Shown here: positions 9,029 to 17,800 of the stretch, piece by piece | How positions within the stretch are numbered: the stretch's first letter is position 1 | How the letters are laid out: each line of letters starts with the position of its first letter | Origin: Verrucomicrobiales bacterium | GTDB lineage: Bacteria; Verrucomicrobiota; Verrucomicrobiia; Verrucomicrobiales; V1-33 | DNA length: 22,587 nucleotides | Direction: 5' to 3' | NCBI GenBank assembly: GCA_031411295.1 | Contig: JANOAV010000178.1 | Span: forward strand, 1-22,587 | The notes under the pieces: model-generated | Database searches by the model: none | What the model saw: the letters and a program-made list of their open reading frames with translations, nothing else | What the model was told of the DNA's origin: nothing | Made by a program: the position numbers and the translations under genes

Positions 9029-9229
9029 GAGAATCTAGGAGGCTGCTGGCAATTGGACGACTTGAAGCGGACGCCTCAGCCTATAAGGCAGCAATCGACG
9101 GTCGTTGGCAATGTTTCTCGCCTAAATTTGCATGTTTGCGGGAAATCGAAACTGTTCAAAAATTTTTTCCAAGCTTCATGGAATCTAAAGGTTCCCTATG
9201 CCATACTAGTCGTAACTTTTTGTCCACCC

Positions 9230-12200
9230 ATGAAACTCCTCTCAATCCTCGCCCTCCTAACCAGTCTGACGGTGGCCCACGCCGATCCTCAGTTGACCTC
9301 CTGGTTCACCGCCAACTCCGGCAAATATGCCCGCATTTATCAAACGGCGGCTGCGGAAAGCGCTCCGACTCCGACTACTTCCACCACGTGGTCCCGTGGG
9401 CAGGGCACGGTGTCCAGCCCGACGTATGCGGATGTTAATGAGGTCAACTACTCGCCTAACTGGGTTTACATTCGTAGCACCGGGCTCGCTTCGCACATCA
9501 TGGGCCCGTGGTATTTGGATGCTGCCAAGAGTCAGGATTTCCCTAATTTCCCCGCCAATACCGCTACTGCCACCTCAGTGTATCGGATTCCCCGTGGCCC
9601 CTCCATTCCCACCACGAAGGTTAACACCGGATTGGGAGCTTCTGGGATCATGGTAAATGGCGTTTCCATGTTTGATAGTCGCGATGCGTTTTCCTATCGC
9701 AATGCTTCAACAACGGATGCCACACCAGTGAATGGTCTCACTGGTGATGGGATTTGGAATCGGGACGGTTGGCACAATGAGGGGGTAACTTTCGATGCTG
9801 CGCTGGCGCACCAAGCTGGAAAGAATTACCACTATCATGCGCATCCCATCGCGCTGCGCTACCAGTTGGGTGATCATGTGGATTACACCCCCAGCACGAA
9901 TCGTTACACGGAAAGCACCGCTGCCGTCACCACGCATTCACCTATCGTGGCCTGGGCAGCGGATGGTCTGCCGGTTTACGGGCCCTACGGTTATTCCAGT
10001 CCGCTCAATGCCAGCAGCGGTGTTCGACGCATGATCTCCGGCTTCACGCTGCGGAATGGCACGAACGGCACCACCGCCATCACGGTGCGCCAAGTGCTGC
10101 CGCTATGGGCGCAGCGGATTCAAAGCAAGCCAACCCTAACGGCAACGCAATACGGTCCAGCAGTGAGCGCAACCTATCTTCTGGGTCACTATATCGAGGA
10201 CTTCGACTATCGGGGCGATCTAGGGCAAACCTTGGGCGTGGATTTCGATCTCAATGAGCAAAATGTCCGCTTCTGCTATACGCCAGAATTCCCCACTGGC
10301 ACCTGGGCGTATTTCACACCGATCAATGCCGATGGCACGCCGCAGTATCCTTACACCACGGGTCGCCAATACTATGGCACGCCCAGCGGGGGAGCCAGCA
10401 CCGTGGCGACGATGAACGCAGACACGCCACTCACACAGCAGTTCCTAGGCGGAGCAAATGCTGCATTGACTATCCCTAACACGCCAACAGTTTCTGGTGG
10501 GACGGTTTACCTAACGTGGAGTGCCGTGGAAGGTGGAACCTACTCGGTGGAGGCTTCCCCGAATCAATCCACCTGGACGAGCAAACTCACTGGACAGGTG
10601 TCCACCGGCATTTCGAAGGACGGCAGTTACGCTGCGATTGGCACCACCAGCACCGAATACGCCCGGGTAAACCGGACCGCGCTGGCGACCTACGATGCCA
10701 CTGGTCAAACGGCCGCCACTGTGGCGCAGAGCACGATCAAGAGTTACTCGCTCACGCCGAATACGCCGCCCACTATTTCCTCCGTGGCAAATCAGTCCAT
10801 CGCTATGAACAGCGCCACCAGCGCGCTGGCTATTACCGTGGGCGATACGGAAACAGCCGAGGCGAGCCTGACCATGAGCGGTAGTTCTTCGAATGTCGCG
10901 CTGGTGCCTAATGCGAATATTGCTTTCGGGGGAAGCGGGTCGAGTCGCACCGTTACGGTCACGCCAGCACTCAGCCAGACGGGGACGGTCACAATTACGC
11001 TAGGGGTAGATGATGGTGCCACCACGACGAGCACCACGTTTCTCCTAACTGTCACGGGAACCAATACGTCCCCCACTATCACTGCCATTGGGAATCAATC
11101 CACCAACCAGAATACCGCCACCAGCGCGATTGCCTTTACCGTGGGAGATGCGGAAATTTCTCCGGCCAGCCTAACGCTCAGCGGGAGTTCCTCGAATGTG
11201 ACCTTGGTGCCGAATACCAATATCGGTTTCGGCGGCAGTGGAGCCAGTCGAACCGTCACGGTTACACCAGCCAGCAATCAACTCGGCACGGCCACCATCA
11301 CAGTGACCGTGAGCGATGGCGCGGCCACCGCAAATCGGAGTTTCACCTTAACCGTGATTTCCACCGCTCCGACGATCAGCAACATCACCAACACCCCGGC
11401 CACCCCCACCAGTGCTAATACGGTAACGGTCACAGCCGCCGTGGCGCCTTCTGCGGGGCGCACGATTTCCTCCGTGCAACTAACGTCCAATACGGGCGCG
11501 GGCGGCACCACCACCGTTTTCAACGAAACGATGTCCTCGGTGGCGGCGGCAGCGCCTTGGGCGGGAACCAATGCCAACAATGCTTGGACCGTGACGAATC
11601 CCGTTGGTGCAGGAGGACCAGCGCCTCCGAGTCCTTTCAGCCAAACGGCGGCGGCAAATCGCACCCCGGTTGGTTCAGGAAACCAATTCGGCCTTGAAGC
11701 CGTGGGCGGTCCTCCGTTTGCAAATATTGGGGACGGTTCGGTGGCCAATGCGACAAATATCAACGCGACCGGGACCTCGGGCAATGTGCAATTTTACTTG
11801 GCAGCGGTCAATCAAACCGCCACCACCGGATGGAATTTCCAACTTTCCGCCAACGGCGGCACGACATGGACGACGCGACTCACGGAATCAAATACGCCCC
11901 GTGCAACGCATGCGTTGTTTACCTACAATTTGGCAGCGACGGAATTAGTCAGCACGCTGCGGATGCGTTTTCAATTCGCAGGTGGAGGTCCCGGAGGCAC
12001 CGGAACGTTCCGTGTGGATGACATCAAAGTGGCCACCACCAGCAACAGCGCTCCCGCCGCAGTGGCCATGTTGGATAACGGCCTGAGTGGCGATGGTGCC
12101 GCAGGCGATGGCGTCTATGGAGTCGTGCTCCCAGCCCAAGCGACGGGCACCACCGTAACCTATACGATCGCTGCCACCGACAGTGCTGCCACAGCGACGA

Positions 12201-14749
12201 CGAGCGCGAGCAATTCCTACACTGTGGTTGCTGCCGCACCCGTGCTGGCCGTCACGCCAGCCACCGGATTAACCTCCAGCGGCCCGCAGGGTGGGGGATT
12301 CACGCCAGCCCTTGCGAGCTATACGCTCACTAACACAGGAAACGCCTCCATGAGCTGGACGGCCACGAAAACGGCTGCTTGGCTAACGTTGTCTGCTCCG
12401 AGTGGCACCTTGGCTGCCGGAGCCACCGCCAATGTGGATGCCTCCATCAACACCTCAGCCAATTCACTAACTCCCGGTGTCTATCCGGATACGGTCACTT
12501 TCACCAACAGCACGAATGGAAATGGCAATGCCACGCGCGCCGTCAGCTTGACGATAAATTCCACCACCGCACCAGCGGCGCCTGTCTTGGCCGCTCTTAC
12601 CAGCTATAGCATGGGTTCCACCAAGACCATTTCCTGGCCAGCAGCAGCGGGGGCTACGAGTTATACCGTGCAAATTTCGACGGTGGGAAATTTCAGCAGC
12701 ATCCTTTCCTCACAGACGGTAACCGGCCTCAGTGTTTCGTTCCCCAGTCTGAGTAACGGCGTGACCTATTACTATCGTGTCTTGGCGACAAATAATATCG
12801 GGTCCTCAGCTTACAGTAACGTAGTTTCTTCCACGCAGGACACGGCCCTGCCGAACGTGGCCATCACTTCGCCTGCCAGTGGCATTTCAACTGCTACGAA
12901 CACCGTTATCGTCAACGGAACCAGCGCGGACGCGCAGTCTGGCATCAGCGCTGTGACGGTAAATGGCGCTCCGGTTACCACCTCGAATAACTACGCCACC
13001 TGGACCATCACGGTTCCACTGGGCTTTGGTTCCAATGCCCTAACTGCCGTGGCCCTCGATGGTGCGGGCAATGCCGCCACCAGCCCCATTGTCATGGTTA
13101 CGCTCACCGCAGCGCAGACCTACAACCCGCTCATCATTCCAGAAATCATGACTGGCACCAACTTCAATCTGAATCTGCATCAAACGACCAAGCAGTTCCT
13201 CAGCGGGGCTGCTACCAACACCTATTCCTACAACAATATGCAGTTCTGGGGCCCCACGCTCATCATGAACAAGGGGGATTGGGTGCAGTTAAATGTTACC
13301 AACAACCTGCTGGATACCACTACGACGCATTGGCACGGATTTCACATTCCTGCCATCATGGACGGCGGTCCACACCAAACGATTCCAGCCGGCACCACCT
13401 GGTCTCCCAGCTTCAAGGTGGACAACAACGCCGGCACCTACTGGTATCATCCGCACCTTCATGAGTTCACTCAGAAGCAGTTGAGCTATGGTGCGGGCGG
13501 CCTCATCATCATTCGCGATCCCGAGGAATCAGCACTCAATTTACCGCGCACCTATGGCGTGGATGACATTCCGCTGGCGCTCACGAGCCGACGTTTCACC
13601 GGCAACCAAATCGTGGCCACTGGCTCCGAATATGGGGATCAAATGGTGGTCAACGGCACCCTGAGCCCGCAAGTCACCCTGCCGAAACAATACGTGCGAA
13701 TCCGCATGTTGAACGCGGAAATGGAACGCAGTTACAATCTGGGCGTCACCACTAGCACCGGGGCGGATCGCACCTTCTATCTCATCACCACGGATGGTGG
13801 CTTGGTGAATGCGCCCATTGCCCTCACCCGACTGACCCTGGCCGTGGGCGAACGGGCGGAAATCCTCCTCGACCTAACAGGCGAAACCGTGGGTGCCACC
13901 TTCGATGTGAAAGCCTACAACTCCGGTCAGGCGAATGATTTCCCCGGCGGGGAGCCAGCCACCGCTGGACAATTCGGAAGTTTGTTGAACAACACCACCT
14001 TCAACATCCTCCACGTCGTCGTCGGAGCCACCATGGCTAATCCCGTCACCACCCGGCCCACTACGCTGAAGACCAACACCTTCTGGACGGATGGTCAGCA
14101 AACCAACACCCGCACGCTTACGATCACCAATGGTTTCCCTGGCGGACTGCCCTTCAGCTTTGATAACCAAGTGTATTCGCCCACCCTCTTCAACCAAACC
14201 GTGAACCTCAACGCCATTGAAAAATGGAACATTACAAACACTTCAGGCTTCAGTCACTCCTTCCACATTCACGACATTCAGTTTAACCTCATTTCCCGCA
14301 CCGGAGGGAACAACGCCGGGCTCAAAGCCTTTGAGGCGGGTTGGAAAGACGTGCTCTTCATTGGTCAAAATCAGACCGTGAGTTTCATCACCAAATTCGA
14401 TCACTTCGCCAGCAACACCAATCCTTTCATGTATCACTGCCATTTCCCCAGCCATGAAGATGCCGGGCTTATGGGGCAGTTCATCGTGAAGAACAACGCC
14501 GTGGAAGATCTTGCCATCGCCAGCTTCACCCGCACGGGAACGAGCAACCAGATCCTGCTCAACTTCAAAGCCACGCCCGGCACCACCTACTCCCTCATGT
14601 ATTCCAGCGACCTGACCACCAGTAGTTGGAAGGAAGTCGGCAGTGTCACCAGCGACGGCACCTCTGCCACCTTCACAGAAACGGATCCAACCCGCCTGGG
14701 CCAGTCCCGAGGATTCTATCGTGTAACTGTGCCTGCCATCACGCAGTAG
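9230..14749 (+). CDS. Secreted YHYH-domain / Ig-BACON-FN3 stalk / multicopper oxidase fusion protein (1839 aa)
   Basis: Signal peptide MKLLSILALLTSLTVAHA from ATG 9230. YHYH at 9827-9838 followed by HSPIVAWAADGLPVYGPYGY. Two 101-aa Ig/cadherin-like repeats, DNGLSGDGAAGDGVY motif, BACON-like and FN3 domains. All four MCO copper motifs present: HWH (13328), WYHPH (13442), HSFHIH (14255), HCHFPSHEDAGLM (14435). Confidence 0.92.
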   Translation: MKLLSILALLTSLTVAHADPQLTSWFTANSGKYARIYQTAAAESAPTPTTSTTWSRGQGTVSSPTYADVNEVNYSPNWVYIRSTGLASHIMGPWYLDAAKSQDFPNFPANTATATSVYRIPRGPSIPTTKVNTGLGASGIMVNGVSMFDSRDAFSYRNASTTDATPVNGLTGDGIWNRDGWHNEGVTFDAALAHQAGKNYHYHAHPIALRYQLGDHVDYTPSTNRYTESTAAVTTHSPIVAWAADGLPVYGPYGYSSPLNASSGVRRMISGFTLRNGTNGTTAITVRQVLPLWAQRIQSKPTLTATQYGPAVSATYLLGHYIEDFDYRGDLGQTLGVDFDLNEQNVRFCYTPEFPTGTWAYFTPINADGTPQYPYTTGRQYYGTPSGGASTVATMNADTPLTQQFLGGANAALTIPNTPTVSGGTVYLTWSAVEGGTYSVEASPNQSTWTSKLTGQVSTGISKDGSYAAIGTTSTEYARVNRTALATYDATGQTAATVAQSTIKSYSLTPNTPPTISSVANQSIAMNSATSALAITVGDTETAEASLTMSGSSSNVALVPNANIAFGGSGSSRTVTVTPALSQTGTVTITLGVDDGATTTSTTFLLTVTGTNTSPTITAIGNQSTNQNTATSAIAFTVGDAEISPASLTLSGSSSNVTLVPNTNIGFGGSGASRTVTVTPASNQLGTATITVTVSDGAATANRSFTLTVISTAPTISNITNTPATPTSANTVTVTAAVAPSAGRTISSVQLTSNTGAGGTTTVFNETMSSVAAAAPWAGTNANNAWTVTNPVGAGGPAPPSPFSQTAAANRTPVGSGNQFGLEAVGGPPFANIGDGSVANATNINATGTSGNVQFYLAAVNQTATTGWNFQLSANGGTTWTTRLTESNTPRATHALFTYNLAATELVSTLRMRFQFAGGGPGGTGTFRVDDIKVATTSNSAPAAVAMLDNGLSGDGAAGDGVYGVVLPAQATGTTVTYTIAATDSAATATTSASNSYTVVAAAPVLAVTPATGLTSSGPQGGGFTPALASYTLTNTGNASMSWTATKTAAWLTLSAPSGTLAAGATANVDASINTSANSLTPGVYPDTVTFTNSTNGNGNATRAVSLTINSTTAPAAPVLAALTSYSMGSTKTISWPAAAGATSYTVQISTVGNFSSILSSQTVTGLSVSFPSLSNGVTYYYRVLATNNIGSSAYSNVVSSTQDTALPNVAITSPASGISTATNTVIVNGTSADAQSGISAVTVNGAPVTTSNNYATWTITVPLGFGSNALTAVALDGAGNAATSPIVMVTLTAAQTYNPLIIPEIMTGTNFNLNLHQTTKQFLSGAATNTYSYNNMQFWGPTLIMNKGDWVQLNVTNNLLDTTTTHWHGFHIPAIMDGGPHQTIPAGTTWSPSFKVDNNAGTYWYHPHLHEFTQKQLSYGAGGLIIIRDPEESALNLPRTYGVDDIPLALTSRRFTGNQIVATGSEYGDQMVVNGTLSPQVTLPKQYVRIRMLNAEMERSYNLGVTTSTGADRTFYLITTDGGLVNAPIALTRLTLAVGERAEILLDLTGETVGATFDVKAYNSGQANDFPGGEPATAGQFGSLLNNTTFNILHVVVGATMANPVTTRPTTLKTNTFWTDGQQTNTRTLTITNGFPGGLPFSFDNQVYSPTLFNQTVNLNAIEKWNITNTSGFSHSFHIHDIQFNLISRTGGNNAGLKAFEAGWKDVLFIGQNQTVSFITKFDHFASNTNPFMYHCHFPSHEDAGLMGQFIVKNNAVEDLAIASFTRTGTSNQILLNFKATPGTTYSLMYSSDLTTSSWKEVGSVTSDGTSATFTETDPTRLGQSRGFYRVTVPAITQ
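10760..11359 (+). repeat. Intragenic tandem duplication of a 303-nt (101-aa) Ig/cadherin-like domain
   Basis: NTPPTISSVANQS...SGSSSNVALVPNANIAFGGSGSSRTVTVTPA... begins at 10760; NTSPTITAIGNQS...SGSSSNVTLVPNTNIGFGGSGASRTVTVTPA... begins at 11063. Confidence 0.9.
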
Positions 14750-14819
14750 CAGCGGAGCAGCCTGGTCACAAGGTGGCCCTAGCCCTGCCTCAAATGCGTG
14801 GTCGCCATGCGATAACTCT

Positions 14820-14848
14820 TTGACAAACGCGTGGAAAATTTATACAAA
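14820..14848 (+). promoter_or_regulatory. Putative sigma70 promoter for the CotH-like gene
   Basis: Perfect -35 TTGACA (14820-14825), 17-nt spacer, TACAAA (14843-14848), ending 8 nt before ATG 14857. Confidence 0.4.
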
Positions 14849-14856
14849 CCTCGGGG

Positions 14857-17800
14857 ATGCCTCTCCGCTTTTCCCTGCCCCTCCTCGCGTTCTTCTTTTC
14901 TGCCTGCCCAGTCCACGCAGCGGGCACGTTCTCCACGACCACGCTCACGGGCGATGCCAATTCCGGGGTGGCGGCGGATTCGGCGTTTACGCATGCGATC
15001 AATGTTTACGATGCGGGAAATGTGAAGGTGAACGGGGCGGTGTTCACGGGATCGGGCTTGGTTGCGAATCCGACGACGAATAACTACAGCACGACGGGTT
15101 TCAATAATGCCTTCACCGGCTTCGACGCGTTGGCGAACGATGGGATCAGCGGGAGTGTGGGGGCCTTGATGACGAACTTTCTCTACAATGGAAATCCAGC
15201 AACCGTCACGCTGAAGAATCTGCGAGCAGGACAACAATATGAAGCGGTCTTTTATAATGCAGCGTTTGGCGGCCCTGGGGTGAGGTTTCAGACGATCACG
15301 ACCACAGACGGTGGATCGGTGGTGTTTGATCAAAATGGGATTCCGGGGAGTTTGTTGAAATATTTGTTCACTGCGACGGGGTCGTCGCTAACGATTTCCA
15401 TCACGCCGACGCTGCCGGGCAATACGTTTCACCAATACGCCTTCAGTAATCGTGCGGTGGGCTTGCAGGCGTTGTTCACGGACAATTTCTATGCACCTTC
15501 GAATCCCTCGACGATGGATCTGAATTTCAATGCCGCAGCCCGGCAAGGTGGGTCACTGGTGCAGTCCGGGGGAACGATTCCGTGGGTGGCGGTGGCGAAT
15601 ACCCAGGTTGGAAACACTACAGGAGCAGTGGATGCCGGAAACTATTTGCTGACCGCATTCGGCACTGGCAATGCCGCGTTGAATCATAATTTCAATGGCG
15701 CGGAGACGGCCGGGGGAATTTCCATTTCCTTTGATCTGGCACCAAACATTGGCGCACAGGCCGCTGATAACTGGAGTGGCATCGCTCTGGGGCAAGCATC
15801 GGCCGATAAGAGTGGTGCGGTCAATGGGCCGCACGCGCACTTCGGGCTGCTCTTTCGGGGCAATGGGCAACTCCAGGCCTTCGATGGAGCGACTAATCTA
15901 ACGCCCGTGGAGCCAACCCTGGGTTACAGCGCGGTTACGGCGCAGTTGCAGCATTTCGAACTTCTGATCACAGATTCCATCGATGCGAATCCATTCAATG
16001 GCAGTGGCGAAACGCGCATCGAGGTGTTTGCGAATGGGGTCTCGCGTTATGTTTATACCAAGACCGGCGGTGGGTATGCCAACAATTTCCTCAACTTCCA
16101 AAGCAGTCATATTGGAGGCGTGGATAACTTAACCATAGCGCGCTTGAATGCCACTCCGGCTCCACCTGTCTTCTCGCTGCAACCTCAGGGGCAGTCTATT
16201 TGGATGGGGGATGCGCTTTCGTTATCGGTTGCGGCTACGGGGTATCCAGCGGTGAGTTTCCAGTGGTATCGCGACGCGGTGGCCATCTCTGGTGCGACAG
16301 GCAGTTCGTATTCCATAATTGATGCTACTGGGGCCGGTGGTTCCTACACGGTAATCGCTACGAACTCACAAGGTTCCGTCACCAGTAATGCAGCGGTGGT
16401 TAATGTCATTGCCCCGACCCGTCAGCAGCGGACTTGGGAGAATGCTGGTCCGTCTTCGAGGCGCACGGCGTTGGCTATTTCCGAAATTCACTATCATCCG
16501 CCCACCCGACTGGATGGACGGAATTTGGAGTTCATCGAGTTGTATAATTCGAATCCGTGGATGGAGGAGTTGGCAGGGTATCGCTTCACGGGCGAGGTGG
16601 ACTATACCTTTCCAGCGGGAGCGCAAATCCCCGCCAAAGGCTACGTCGTCGTCGCCAAAGTGCCCAACGATGTGATGACGGTGTATGGCCTCACAGGAGT
16701 GTTCGGTGGCTTCACCCAGAGTTTATCCAACGAAGGCGGCACCTTGCGTCTGCGCAAACCAAGCGATGCGATTGTGCTGGAAGTTTCCTGGAACGACCAT
16801 GCGCCCTGGCCGGTCGCAGGCGATGGCACCGGGCATTCGATCGTGCTCGCGCGTCCAAGTTATGGTGAGGCTTCGGCCGCCGCGTGGGACGCCAGTCCTA
16901 GTATCGGTGGTTCCCCCGGAGCGGCCGATGCCGCCCCCAGCAGTCCGCAGGATCACGTCGTGATCAATGAGGTGCTGGCACGTTCGGAGTTGCCTTTGGT
17001 GGATTTTGTTGAGCTAAGAAATGGTGCTCCCTTTGCGGTCGATATCTCTGGCTGCTTCCTTAGTGATGATCCTGCCGTGCTGGGCAAATATGTCATCCCC
17101 ACCGGGACTACGTTGGCGGGCGGGGGAATGATTTCATTTACTGAAACACAGTTAGGTTTCGCTTTGAGTGCCGAGGGGGAGACCTTGTATTTCACCAATG
17201 CCGCCGGCACGCGGGTGCTCGACTGTGTGCGTTTTTCAGGCTCTGCCGTAAATGTCAGCCTCGGAAGGGCCAATAATCGGGAGGGCACCTTCCTACCGCT
17301 GGCCAGCTCCACTCCTGGCACCGCAAACTCTGGATATCGCATGCCTGAAATTTTGATCAGTGAAATCTTCTATGATCCCATTAGTGGCGACGATCTGGAC
17401 GAATGGCTGGAGCTTTATAATCCTGGCGTGGCGGCAGTCAGTGTCGGCGGATGGGAATTCTCCGATGGGATTGGATTCACGATTCCGGCAGGCACTAACA
17501 TCGCAGCAAATGGTCGCTTGGTGATTGCGAAAAATGCCGTTCGCACGCGGTCCAACAATCCTTCCGTGGCCGCAGGCTCGGTGGTGGGCGACTATGCGGG
17601 GACGCTCGCGAATGGTGGAGATCGGATCACGTTGGTGCGGCCCGAGACAGTTGGTTTGGTGACTATTAAGGTGGAAGTGGATTCGATTGCCTATGTGAAG
17701 GCAGGTCGGTGGAGTCGCTGGGCTGCGGGTGGTGGATCGAGCCTAGAGGTTAGGGATCTACGAGAGGATAGAACCCTCGCAAGTGCGTGGGCGGACAGTG

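Noticed and set aside
9053..9229. Upstream ORF-track starts (9053, and likewise 96, 4027, 21736)
   Set aside because: The extensions precede clear signal peptides or run through attC/repeat DNA; downstream ATGs at 9230, 216, 3967 and 21616 were chosen.
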